A stretch of DNA of 64,000 nt from the sequence record NC_041917.1; one strand, written 5' to 3'. The notes under the pieces are model-generated. The model saw only the letters and a list, made by a program, of their open reading frames with translations. It made no database searches and had not been told where the DNA came from. The translations under genes were made by a program, and so were the position numbers. Shown here one piece after another: positions 31,033 to 40,214 of this stretch (positions are counted from its first letter, which is position 1; the number at the start of each line of letters is the position of its first letter).

Positions 31033-31456
31033 AATAGTAAGAAAACAACTTCATGATATAGCGAATAATGCACATTGCATTTATACTACCATAATCAGAG
31101 AACGAGTTAAGTATTCAAAATTTGGGTCAAAGGTTGGCATTCAGATTGATAATGCAATTCAATTTTCTAATACACCTGATAAATTTGAAATGTGGATTAA
31201 ATTTGGAAAACATACTATTATATATACTGATAACAGCGTAATATATCGTTATTGGGATAGTAAGAAGCCAGATAAACATATATATGATGTGATTGATTTA
31301 CCTGATATAAATAAATTTCAATTCACCGAGGAATATTATTTTCAGTACTCTACATTATTCAATTTCAAGTATTTAGAGTTAGAAGATCTTAAAGCACTTG
31401 ACACTATACGTAGAAAGGTACAAAACATTTGGAGTACACAATTACTATGTTGGTAA
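31025..31456 (+). CDS. hypothetical protein, EExxFQ paralog family
   Basis: FTEEYYFQYST motif. Confidence 0.75.
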   Translation: MNEIVRKQLHDIANNAHCIYTTIIRERVKYSKFGSKVGIQIDNAIQFSNTPDKFEMWIKFGKHTIIYTDNSVIYRYWDSKKPDKHIYDVIDLPDINKFQFTEEYYFQYSTLFNFKYLELEDLKALDTIRRKVQNIWSTQLLCW

Positions 31457-31632
31457 CACGTTATGAATTAATTGATGGGGAATTGATACCTCATGAATTT
31501 GGTGAATATGTAAAATTCACTGATTATAAAAAAGTGGAAGATGCCAGAAGTAAAGCAGTATCTGATGCTGGTTGGGCTGCTGATGCAGCACGTGAACAAG
31601 AAGAAATAAATCGTAATAGAGGATGGAATTAA
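31429..31632 (+). CDS. hypothetical protein
   Basis: ORF track; start uncertain. Confidence 0.65.
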   Translation: MEYTITMLVTRYELIDGELIPHEFGEYVKFTDYKKVEDARSKAVSDAGWAADAAREQEEINRNRGWN

Positions 31633-31862
31633 TGGCTATAAAAGCAAAACTTAATTTTTGTGATCTAGATTTAGATTATGCACGTACAGCATGGGATGGT
31701 GCATACATGGTACTAGCAGAAGTTAATGAAGTACTGAAAGAACGTGGAATTAAAATTGAATTTTTGTTAGAAGTTCATTCGGAAGAAGATTATCCTTCTA
31801 AGTTTTGGGATGAAGAAGATGTTGAATACACTACTAATACTACGGAAATTACTGACGAATGA
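31632..31862 (+). CDS. hypothetical protein
   Basis: TAATG coupling. Confidence 0.7.
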   Translation: MAIKAKLNFCDLDLDYARTAWDGAYMVLAEVNEVLKERGIKIEFLLEVHSEEDYPSKFWDEEDVEYTTNTTEITDE

Positions 31863-32365
31863 AAGATCCTAATCTCAATAATGAATTTATCGATTTTTTA
31901 GCAGATGAATTTCCAGAGGTATCGTTTAGTACTACATACGTACATTGGCACCCATCTGTAGGTGAGTACTGTGTATATATCAATGACACGTGGAGTGGTT
32001 ACGTTCCTGAAGAATATATATTTAAAGCCGGATTTGAGTATTATACTCTTTGGTCTAAGTATTGGGAAAAGTACCGTCAAACTGAAATTTTTATGGATTT
32101 AAATAGAAAATATGTTCAATCAATTTATAACATTCTTCAAGAAGAAAATACTACTGAATCTGATATTAGCCTTAATGTACGTATTCTTATGGACATTATA
32201 CGGAATCGCTCGTACCCTACAGATTATCAAAATTTTACCATAAAGATGATATTAGAAGTATTACAAAATAAAGGATACAATCAGTACACAGAAATGTTAG
32301 AAAACATTATTGGTGAAATAAATGACTTGGAAGAAAATAAACGAAGTCGTAGGAAGGTTTTATAA
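31859..32365 (+). CDS. hypothetical protein
   Basis: coupled ORF. Confidence 0.75.
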   Translation: MKDPNLNNEFIDFLADEFPEVSFSTTYVHWHPSVGEYCVYINDTWSGYVPEEYIFKAGFEYYTLWSKYWEKYRQTEIFMDLNRKYVQSIYNILQEENTTESDISLNVRILMDIIRNRSYPTDYQNFTIKMILEVLQNKGYNQYTEMLENIIGEINDLEENKRSRRKVL

Positions 32366-32768
32366 AAACTTTAGTACATTAAGAAAAACAGTTAATCGTG
32401 GAGATTATTGTTATTTTAAACTTAATGATTATTATGAGATTAAATGTGGTGATGATTATTTGGTTCAATTTAAGTATAAACCAAATAGTCAAGATTATTA
32501 TTATATGAATTATGATTATAATAATGATTCTGTTATGTTTTATACAACTAGAAAGTATTCTGGTTATTGGAAACATTCAGCACCTGATAATATCATAATA
32601 TTTAAGAACTTAACAAGGTTATGTACAGAGGAAGGACATTTTCAGGAAATGACCAGACAGGACTTGACAGATTTTGAAATTCCTGATATAATTTCCTTAT
32701 TGATGATGGGAAAAGCCATCGTTGACAAAACTAAGGAATATAGAAATGTCGGAACGTCCAGTACTTAA
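32322..32768 (+). CDS. hypothetical protein, EExxFQ paralog family
   Basis: CTEEGHFQEMT motif. Confidence 0.7.
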   Translation: MTWKKINEVVGRFYKNFSTLRKTVNRGDYCYFKLNDYYEIKCGDDYLVQFKYKPNSQDYYYMNYDYNNDSVMFYTTRKYSGYWKHSAPDNIIIFKNLTRLCTEEGHFQEMTRQDLTDFEIPDIISLLMMGKAIVDKTKEYRNVGTSST

Positions 32769-33177
32769 TTATAAATGTTACATTCTTCTTCGTGAAGATC
32801 TTGACATGCCGCAAGGTAAATTTGCTGTACAGGTAGGGCATGGTTTAGATCAAGTATGGCCTCTATATATGGACTACAAAGAACGTAGTCGTAAAGAGGA
32901 TAATGAAGATTTAATCATGCCTGTTTCTAACTTTGAAGGTTGGTATAAAGAAGGTCGTCGCAAGATAGTACTACGCCTTAAAAGCGAAGACCATATGAAC
33001 AAGATTAAAGAAAAAATTCAGGCTGAAATTGATTCTAATGAATATCATCCTGGATATTTTGTTCATGATATTTTTGATTATGGTTTTAACTTCTTTGATG
33101 GGTTAACACAAACTGGCCTTATCATTTATCCGAACCAAACAGAAATTGCAGCAGTAAAAAGACTACGATTGTGGTAA
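32746..33177 (+). CDS. peptidyl-tRNA hydrolase 2 (PTH2)-like protein
   Basis: YILLREDLDMPQGKFAVQVGHG, RKIVLR, D.G..T motifs. Confidence 0.8.
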   Translation: MSERPVLNYKCYILLREDLDMPQGKFAVQVGHGLDQVWPLYMDYKERSRKEDNEDLIMPVSNFEGWYKEGRRKIVLRLKSEDHMNKIKEKIQAEIDSNEYHPGYFVHDIFDYGFNFFDGLTQTGLIIYPNQTEIAAVKRLRLW

Positions 33178-33183
33178 AATAAA

Positions 33184-33212
33184 TGAAACAGAAATAAAAA
33201 TTGTGGTATAAT
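33184..33212 (+). promoter_or_regulatory. TGAAAC-class promoter
   Basis: TGAAAC-17-TATAAT before tRNA-Leu. Confidence 0.75.
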
Positions 33213-33226
33213 ATAAATATAATAAA

Positions 33227-33307
33227 GGGGATATGGTGGAATTGGTAGACACCGTGGTCTTAGAAGCCACCGCCTTGTGCGTGGGAGTTCGAGTCTCCCT
33301 ATCCCCA
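33227..33307 (+). tRNA. trnL: tRNA-Leu(TAG)
   Basis: class II cloverleaf, loop CT-TAG-AA. Confidence 0.92.
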
Positions 33308-33424
33308 CAAACGTAGATTCAGTAACCCGCTCTATGATGGTTTGAATCGTTCGAGTGCGTAGCACAGTAGAGCCATACGTGGCTCTCGCCCTTTTTGATT
33401 CATTTGGTAACATTCATTATTTGC

Positions 33425-33453
33425 TTGACAGTACCTCATCTTTGTGTGATAAT
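33425..33453 (+). promoter_or_regulatory. sigma70-type promoter
   Basis: TTGACA-17-GATAAT. Confidence 0.7.
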
Positions 33454-33509
33454 ATCTGTACAGGCGTTTAAGCTGCTAACGCAGCTTTTTTTATTTGTGG
33501 AGATTGACA

Positions 33510-33908
33510 ATGAAACGTGAAGCAATGAGCAGTACTAATTTGTATTGGTTTATATTCTTCTGGATCGCATTTACTTGTGTTAATATATACGTTGTTATGT
33601 ATAAACCAGAAGCGAACTGGAAAGAAAAAATCGAAACGCAAGTTAAAGCTGAATACAAAAAGAATGAACCAGCACCACCTGATGCAATGCGTCAAAACCA
33701 ACCAGCATATATCCAAATGCTAAACGATATTCAAAAATGTCCTAATGTTACTGACAAAGAAAATAATACTTTCTATACCTGTGAAAATGGTACTAAAGCT
33801 AGTATGATACATTGGACACGTGGTGACAAGAAAGGTGTAGTTACTCGTGAATATAATCCTGAAGGTAAATTAATCTTAATCTACGGACACCCTGATGATG
33901 TTTACTAA
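33510..33908 (+). CDS. membrane-anchored protein
   Basis: N-terminal TM helix. Confidence 0.8.
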   Translation: MKREAMSSTNLYWFIFFWIAFTCVNIYVVMYKPEANWKEKIETQVKAEYKKNEPAPPDAMRQNQPAYIQMLNDIQKCPNVTDKENNTFYTCENGTKASMIHWTRGDKKGVVTREYNPEGKLILIYGHPDDVY

Positions 33909-34143
33909 AATTGAAAATGCCGAAGTACTTGTTCGAACCAGTTCTGGACTAAAAGTACTACCCCTCTATACCCGCAATAGTAATAACCATGTATATGCTA
34001 AAAATGGTGCATACTATATTGCCCTAATGTCAACTAAACTAACAAGTAATCCTAAAATTACTTGGCAGGAAGTATCTATTCCTGAACAATTCGAAAAGAG
34101 CTACATGACTTATGCACAAACATGCAAAGAATCTGTCAGTTAA
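33898..34143 (+). CDS. hypothetical protein
   Basis: ORF track. Confidence 0.7.
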   Translation: MFTKIENAEVLVRTSSGLKVLPLYTRNSNNHVYAKNGAYYIALMSTKLTSNPKITWQEVSIPEQFEKSYMTYAQTCKESVS

Positions 34144-34345
34144 TGACATGGTTAAAGTAGCTAAAGATGAGTACTTGAAAGTTATTAAAATCGAGTACTT
34201 TGAATATTCTGTTCGCATTCAGGGATTCATTAACTATGGAACTGAATGTGAACAGCGTAGTTTTGGCTACTGTGATGTTGTATTCCTTAAAGCTGATGAA
34301 AAACCATCCAGCTTATTCTCAAGAATAATGAAGTACTTTACATGA
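34112..34345 (+). CDS. hypothetical protein
   Basis: ORF track. Confidence 0.65.
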   Translation: MHKHAKNLSVNDMVKVAKDEYLKVIKIEYFEYSVRIQGFINYGTECEQRSFGYCDVVFLKADEKPSSLFSRIMKYFT

Positions 34346-34513
34346 AAAATCCCGTATATTTAATGAGCACTCATAATGGTCGTACTTTTATGATGACTAG
34401 CTATGATCCAAAAACAATCGTTATCTTTGAAAATCCTGTAAAAGAGCTTGACAAAGATGGCAACGAACTGGTATTCTATACCACAATAGAAATTCGCAAG
34501 ATGTGAGAACAAA

Positions 34514-34768
34514 ATGACAAAAGTAGTCCGTAAGCGTCGAGTACTTGATAATGATGAATTCAAATCAAGGGAAATCCATCGCCAATTGTGGCGACGACTG
34601 TGTGCTGGTGAAAAGCAAATTGTTGTAACTGAAACAGTAGTTGAACCAGAAACTATTTTTGGGACGTACTTCAATGTATTCAATCATTTTATTAAAAAAG
34701 GATTACTTGAAGTAATTACTATTGATGAGTTAGATCCATCTGAACACGAATTCACTGTAATTAAATGA
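34514..34768 (+). CDS. hypothetical protein
   Basis: ORF track. Confidence 0.7.
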   Translation: MTKVVRKRRVLDNDEFKSREIHRQLWRRLCAGEKQIVVTETVVEPETIFGTYFNVFNHFIKKGLLEVITIDELDPSEHEFTVIK

Positions 34769-34776
34769 GGTGACAT

Positions 34777-35142
34777 ATGTCTTGGAACAACCGAGTAAGT
34801 ATTCATGAACATACTTACCAAGATGGTGAAAAAGAAAGTACTGCAACTGTGCATGAAGTATATTACACTGATGATGGTGTAATGTTCAGTGCTGCAATCG
34901 CTCCACAGGGTTCAGGTTCTAACAGTACTGAAGCACTTCAAGAATTGAAGTTAGAACTTCAGTTAATGCTTGAAGCAGTAGAATACGCACTTGATGGAAA
35001 AACTTCTATTTTTGATTATGATAACAAAGATACCCACGATGCGGGTGAACATTCTGAAATTATTCGTAAACGAAATGAAGTTAAAGTACTTGATCCTGAT
35101 GATGCGTATCTTGATGAAAAGTATGGTGATAATGATGACTGA
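34777..35142 (+). CDS. hypothetical protein
   Basis: SD GAGG; MSWNNRV..HEVYY phage motif. Confidence 0.8.
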   Translation: MSWNNRVSIHEHTYQDGEKESTATVHEVYYTDDGVMFSAAIAPQGSGSNSTEALQELKLELQLMLEAVEYALDGKTSIFDYDNKDTHDAGEHSEIIRKRNEVKVLDPDDAYLDEKYGDNDD

Positions 35143-35413
35143 TGCAGAGTTTTTAAAACAAGCTGAAGAAGATCTTTGGACTCAAGTTCAAAATCTTCGA
35201 AATCGAAGCAATGAAGCCCTTGAAGAAGGTGCTACATATCGCTTTGTTCTTTGTAATGCTAAAATCAGTTTTATTAATTCACTTTTACGTGATATTCAAT
35301 TCGCAAGGTCTGGACATGCACCTGACATTGTGGTAAAATCAACAATAGAAGCAGTGAAGCACGTTGAAGAAAATTTCAAGCCGTTTTTAGGCCAGTGCGG
35401 AACGTGTAATTGA
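35132..35413 (+). CDS. hypothetical protein
   Basis: start reassigned. Confidence 0.7.
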   Translation: MMTDAEFLKQAEEDLWTQVQNLRNRSNEALEEGATYRFVLCNAKISFINSLLRDIQFARSGHAPDIVVKSTIEAVKHVEENFKPFLGQCGTCN

Positions 35414-35426
35414 TTTGGAGGATAAC

Positions 35427-35951
35427 ATGGATCTCAACCGGATAGAAGTAATCAAAAAACTTAATGAACTAGCGTTGGTTTATCAAAAACAAGCACAGGA
35501 AGTTTTTTGTTTATTCGATTATAAATTTGAATTTGGGCTTTCAGTTCATTTCAAAGACCGTGTGATGCAGCGTTATCCTACATATGAAATTGCTGAAAAT
35601 CTTATTAAGCAAAATTTTGATTTGTTTTTCAAGAATCATACTCAATATATTTCACGAGCAATCACTGAAGTTGTTGATGTAAAGTTAGTTAATATTCGTC
35701 ATGATTCTTTGAATAAACAAAATGTCATCGTACTACAAATGTGTCGAATTGATGACATTATAAAAATAATTGGTATTACGATGTTTCAAAAAAATACATC
35801 ATATATCAAAAATAACCCAAATGAATTTGTACTATTACATAAACCAAAAAAATGGACTTCATTGGGAACAGTTGGTGAACGATTAAAACGATACGCCAAA
35901 AAACATGGCGTACCTGATGGGTTACAATGCTTAACCCAACCGTGGGGGTAA
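35427..35951 (+). CDS. hypothetical protein
   Basis: SD GGAGG. Confidence 0.8.
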   Translation: MDLNRIEVIKKLNELALVYQKQAQEVFCLFDYKFEFGLSVHFKDRVMQRYPTYEIAENLIKQNFDLFFKNHTQYISRAITEVVDVKLVNIRHDSLNKQNVIVLQMCRIDDIIKIIGITMFQKNTSYIKNNPNEFVLLHKPKKWTSLGTVGERLKRYAKKHGVPDGLQCLTQPWG

Positions 35952-35955
35952 TAAC

Positions 35956-36657
35956 ATGCATTCAGATATGAAAGCTGCATTAGATGCTGCGTTAGAAGAC
36001 ATTAAAAATATGTCATCTGATGACTTCTTTGCAAAATTGTATGGTTACAATTCAGAACAGTTGGAAGCCTATACTGAAGAAGTATTTTTAGTCGAGCTTC
36101 AGTACTTGAGAAGTTTCTTTGTAGATGGGGCATATTCTTTTGAACCAAGCTATGATAATCTTCCAGTACCAGAAATTACGAAGTTGTTTTGGAATTATAT
36201 TGAAAGAAATGCTCGTAGCACATATGAAGACACGTCTACATCATTTCCAACATATTACGTTGAATTGCCTAAGTATGGTATTCGTGTCACGCACATTTAT
36301 GGTCAAGGCACTGTTACCGTTGTAGAAGACTTTGATTATTCTGATCCCATGTATATTGTTAAGAACATTACACGTTTTAAGCGTGAAGCTGCATGGGAAC
36401 ATCAACGTAAAATTGATGAATTATTGTATGGAAAACCAAAACATTTAGATGAAGTACGTTTTAGTACTGAAGTTAATGGTATTGGTATTGTGGATACTGG
36501 TATCATTGAACGTGTGTACACCAAGAAAGGTGTAGTGCGATATTTGATTGATTCTGTTAATAACGGTAAAGTACTAGTATTCTACGATCAGGGTGAAAAA
36601 TATCCAATGGATGCAGTAGAAATAATTGAACTTCATCCAAACAACTACGATAGGTAA
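35956..36657 (+). CDS. hypothetical protein
   Basis: ORF track. Confidence 0.8.
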   Translation: MHSDMKAALDAALEDIKNMSSDDFFAKLYGYNSEQLEAYTEEVFLVELQYLRSFFVDGAYSFEPSYDNLPVPEITKLFWNYIERNARSTYEDTSTSFPTYYVELPKYGIRVTHIYGQGTVTVVEDFDYSDPMYIVKNITRFKREAAWEHQRKIDELLYGKPKHLDEVRFSTEVNGIGIVDTGIIERVYTKKGVVRYLIDSVNNGKVLVFYDQGEKYPMDAVEIIELHPNNYDR

Positions 36658-36663
36658 TATATC

Positions 36664-37005
36664 ATGGAAATTGATTATAAGCTGGTGCGTGAGTTAACTC
36701 ATGATTTGGAAATGAACGGTCGTCAATTTATTGCACGTGATCGTTTAATTCAGCAAATGAAAGCTGATGGAACTTATGATGTTAAGCACGGTCAGGATTT
36801 AATTTATTTCCATGTAGTAAGTGGAATGATTAATTCCATTATTGAAAAGATCTTTATGTACTTAGAATATAAAACTGTAAATGAAGGTCTTGAAAGTGCA
36901 TTTCGTGGTTTAGTGGAAAAAGAGTACAACGAATATAAAGAATATTATAACCATTGTGATTTTTTATCTGCAATGGATAGAAAGTACGGATTGAATCTAT
37001 TATGA
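36664..37005 (+). CDS. hypothetical protein
   Basis: ORF track. Confidence 0.75.
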   Translation: MEIDYKLVRELTHDLEMNGRQFIARDRLIQQMKADGTYDVKHGQDLIYFHVVSGMINSIIEKIFMYLEYKTVNEGLESAFRGLVEKEYNEYKEYYNHCDFLSAMDRKYGLNLL

Positions 37006-37199
37006 ATATTGAACAAAAACTTACACCTAAGTATTGGGCTGCACATGATTCCCGTACTGATGATGTTATTTTAAGTACCTTGTTTAAGTACAAGCAAGAT
37101 ACATATGATGAATTAGTGAAGTTGTATGGTGAAGATTGGGAAGATACACATCCTAATTTGACTATTGACTTAATTGAACTGAAGTTAGTTCAACTGTAA
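37002..37199 (+). CDS. hypothetical protein
   Basis: coupled ORF. Confidence 0.7.
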   Translation: MNIEQKLTPKYWAAHDSRTDDVILSTLFKYKQDTYDELVKLYGEDWEDTHPNLTIDLIELKLVQL

Positions 37200-37210
37200 C
37201 AGAATACTGA

Positions 37211-37460
37211 CCGTTGTTGGGATGTTGGCTTAGAGGCAGCAATCATATAATGAGTGTCGAGAACGATCCGTAATTGGTAAACGTACCACAATGACCAATC
37301 GTATAAGTTCAGGGGAAGAAAAGACCGGATACAGTTATGTTAGTACGGTATGCACGGGCGGCGTATACTTAATACAGGAAAGGTAGGTGGTACTACTTTG
37401 TACTGATAAATGCTAACATAGACCCTTAGAGACTTTGGCGTAATAGCACACCATCAACGG
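37211..37460 (+). ncRNA. ncRNA containing a split mimic of the 23S rRNA L11-binding (H43-H44) domain
   Basis: GGATGTTGGCTTAGAGGCAGCAATCATATAATGAGT ...182 nt... GCGTAATAGCACAC, closed by CCGTTG/CAACGG. Confidence 0.75.
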
Positions 37461-37492
37461 CTTTTTAATTAAAATAATATATGGTATAACCT

Positions 37493-37825
37493 ATGACTAT
37501 TAAAGTTAACGGTACTGTAACTGAAGTAAAATCAGTTGAAGTTGATATTAGCATAGTTGAACTCGAAAAAGCGGCAAATCAGTTGACAAACGGACAACTT
37601 CTTATTATATTAAAACGGAAGTTGGTTCAACAATTAATTTCAAAAGATCCTGCACTACAAGGTGCAGAACTTTCATGGCATGGTACATGTTGGGAAGTTT
37701 TTGATTACTATGATTATCATCATCGTGAAGATAAGTACAAAAAACTTCGTGATTTAAATGATGAAGAAAAGTACGCACTATCCACATTCAACGATGTATT
37801 TGAACTATTCAGGAAATTACAATGA
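37493..37825 (+). CDS. hypothetical protein
   Basis: ORF track. Confidence 0.75.
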   Translation: MTIKVNGTVTEVKSVEVDISIVELEKAANQLTNGQLLIILKRKLVQQLISKDPALQGAELSWHGTCWEVFDYYDYHHREDKYKKLRDLNDEEKYALSTFNDVFELFRKLQ

Positions 37826-38079
37826 CAGTACAAAAATTTGAAAAGTTACCTATCCAGATTGATGCCCTTGAATGGACTGGTAATAATCTTAAAGAGTTAA
37901 AAGCCTTTGCGAGTCCAAAAGAAGTAAAGATTAATAATATGGGTCATTGCAAAATTGAAACTTTAGAAGGCTGGTTAACTGCATCGATTGGTGATATGAT
38001 CATCAAAGGTGTACAAGGGGAAATTTACCCATGCAAACCTGATGTGTTTGCACTAACGTATCGTAAAATTGAGGAATAA
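37822..38079 (+). CDS. widespread conserved phage protein of unknown function
   Basis: IETLEG..GD.IIKGV.GE.YPCKPD.F..TY motif. Confidence 0.85.
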   Translation: MTVQKFEKLPIQIDALEWTGNNLKELKAFASPKEVKINNMGHCKIETLEGWLTASIGDMIIKGVQGEIYPCKPDVFALTYRKIEE

Positions 38080-38082
38080 AAA

Positions 38083-38421
38083 ATGACGCACTAGAATGAT
38101 AAAACTTGGATCTATGTATTTGTTCGTACTGATTTACCAATCGAACAAGTTGTAGTACAATCAAACCACGCCGCTTATGAAAGCGGATTAGCATTCGAAA
38201 ATAACAGTACTGAGACTAGTTCTCTAATCGTTATCTCGTGTAAGAATAAACATAAGTTACAAAAAGCATATGATGAACTCCAAGCTGAGGGTATTGATTT
38301 AATTCAATTCCATGAACCAGATTGGGATTATGGTTTAACTGCATTTGCCAGTGCTCCAGTAACCGCTGAACAGCGTAGTATCTTCCGTAAGTTTCAACTT
38401 TTTCGTGGAGGTGCTAAATGA
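38083..38421 (+). CDS. PTH2-like protein with in-frame TAG at codon 4 (readthrough candidate; missed by ORF track)
   Basis: SD GAGG + ATG-ACG-CAC-TAG, then 108 open codons with YVFVRTDLP..Q..VQ..HAA and FHEPD..LTA motifs. Confidence 0.75.
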
Positions 38422-38984
38422 TTTATCCTAACACTTTCGAAGAATTGCTACAAGTAATGCAAAAAACTGAGCAAATGAAAGGTCTTAGTGTTCATGCACA
38501 TGGACTTATGGTTGTTGAACAGTATAAAGTACTAATTTCAGAACTTGACACTGGATAGGGCGACCCTATATTACTTGAGGTATATGGTAAAATTAAAGAT
38601 AAGATTTTATCAGATGATATTGTATTACGTTACCAAGAGTTTCATGATTGTGGTAAACCAATATGTCGTGTAGTTGATGATGAGGGTAAAGTTCATTTCC
38701 CTGAACATGCTAATATCAGTGCAGATGTTTGGAGTAAGCTATTTCCAAATGAAAATGTCATTCAAGAGTTGATGCGAAAAGATATGACTTTCCATGTTGC
38801 AAAATCTGATGATTTTGATACAATATGGCAAGATCCTTTAGCACCTACTTTGTATGTAACTGCATGGGCTGAGATTTTAGCGAACTGTACAATGTTTGGT
38901 GGTCAGGATAGCACTTCTTTTAAAATTAAAAAGAAGAAGCTAATTCAAGCAGGTAAAAAGTACTTAAACTCTTTACCTAAATAA
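38418..38984 (+). CDS. HD-domain phosphohydrolase with in-frame TAG at codon 47 (readthrough candidate)
   Basis: SD GGAGG, ATGA coupling; one TAG at 38556-58, then HDCGKP..F.EHA motif in the same frame. Confidence 0.75.
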
Positions 38985-39026
38985 TTTTAAGGCGGCTACG
39001 GTCGCCTGTTTTAAGAGGTTTCCATT

Positions 39027-39488
39027 ATGGAAAGTAAAAATACTGAAAATGTAATGACTGTTGAAATTTTCAAAGGAGCCACGCAAGAAACTATTTTTGT
39101 GTGTCGTTCACAAGGACAGTACTTTGCACCTGACCAAACGTATGATATTCATGAACATGAATACATCAAACGCTACGATACACATTTTTATCATAAAATT
39201 GATGAAAAGAATTGTCGAGAAAGTCATCGTGAAATCATGTTTGGTAAAGATGGAAAACCTGGATATATCTTTAGTTTAGCTAAAGGTTTATCAAAATCAT
39301 ATAATTTAGGTGAACTTGACAGTATTGTATTCACTTTTAGTGGATATGGTGACTGTACGGGTGAAACCTTTATTGTTAGTACTCTAGACTATGCAGAAAA
39401 GGAAGAATTTCAGCAAATTGTCGATGACAAGGAATTACTCTTTAGTAAGTTTAAAGAAGCATTCCCTGAACATGAATTAAATTTATAA
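39027..39488 (+). CDS. hypothetical protein
   Basis: SD GAGG. Confidence 0.8.
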   Translation: MESKNTENVMTVEIFKGATQETIFVCRSQGQYFAPDQTYDIHEHEYIKRYDTHFYHKIDEKNCRESHREIMFGKDGKPGYIFSLAKGLSKSYNLGELDSIVFTFSGYGDCTGETFIVSTLDYAEKEEFQQIVDDKELLFSKFKEAFPEHELNL

Positions 39489-39497
39489 GGATGTATT

Positions 39498-39689
39498 ATG
39501 ATTACTACTGAAAATGTAACGCTATACGATACCCTAAATGAATCATATGGTTCTCCGTATGGCTTAGGATATAAGGGATATATCTTTGTGTTCGAAACTG
39601 TTGCTGAACGTGATTCTTGGATAAATGAATGCACCGACGAAGACTTAGATTATATCATTGAAAATGAAAGTGTAGAAACCGAGGATTAA
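39498..39689 (+). CDS. hypothetical protein
   Basis: SD AAGGA. Confidence 0.7.
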   Translation: MITTENVTLYDTLNESYGSPYGLGYKGYIFVFETVAERDSWINECTDEDLDYIIENESVETED

Positions 39690-39693
39690 AACT

Positions 39694-40044
39694 ATGGGTT
39701 CGAATGTAGAAGCTTCAATTAATGTAAAACTTGTAAAACAACCACGTGGTATGAAAGGTGCTAAACCTGATATTGAACAAATTCATACTGATTTGTGTTC
39801 TATTGTTGAAAATGAAACGTTTTCTATTCATAGTAATACTAATATTGTGGCTGAACCAGAATGTCGTTGGAGTGAAATAGATTCTGATATGAAAAAATTA
39901 TCAGTACTATATCCTGGAATTTTATTCACGGTTAAAGTTGTTATTCCAGACTATGAAGTAAATGAACTACATTACTTCTATGAAGGTAAAACTCACGAAG
40001 CTGTGATCACATTCTCACCATTCGATGAAGCACTTTTGAAATAA
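39694..40044 (+). CDS. hypothetical protein
   Basis: SD GAGG. Confidence 0.8.
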   Translation: MGSNVEASINVKLVKQPRGMKGAKPDIEQIHTDLCSIVENETFSIHSNTNIVAEPECRWSEIDSDMKKLSVLYPGILFTVKVVIPDYEVNELHYFYEGKTHEAVITFSPFDEALLK

Positions 40045-40062
40045 ATAAAGTACCACAAAAAA

Positions 40063-40091
40063 TGAAACAATATTATTTTTTGTGGTATAAT
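40063..40091 (+). promoter_or_regulatory. TGAAAC-class promoter
   Basis: TGAAAC-17-TATAAT before tRNA-Arg. Confidence 0.75.
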
Positions 40092-40100
40092 ATTAGTATT

Positions 40101-40172
40101 CTCCTGTTAGCTCAATGGATAGAGCAGTAGCCTTCTAAGCTATAGATATAGGTTCGATTCCTATACGGGAGA
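40101..40172 (+). tRNA. trnR: tRNA-Arg(TCT)
   Basis: cloverleaf, loop CT-TCT-AA. Confidence 0.92.
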
Positions 40173-40214
40173 CAAAACAAATACGCCTAAGCATATGCTT
40201 GGGCTTTTTTATGG

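Noticed and set aside
37211-37460. A genuine rRNA gene or host contamination
   Set aside because: Only about 50 nt match 23S, split by an insertion and flanked by phage-type genes.
37822-38079. Assigning an anti-defence sponge name to this conserved protein
   Set aside because: The family motif is recognisable, but I cannot tie it to a characterised protein without a search.
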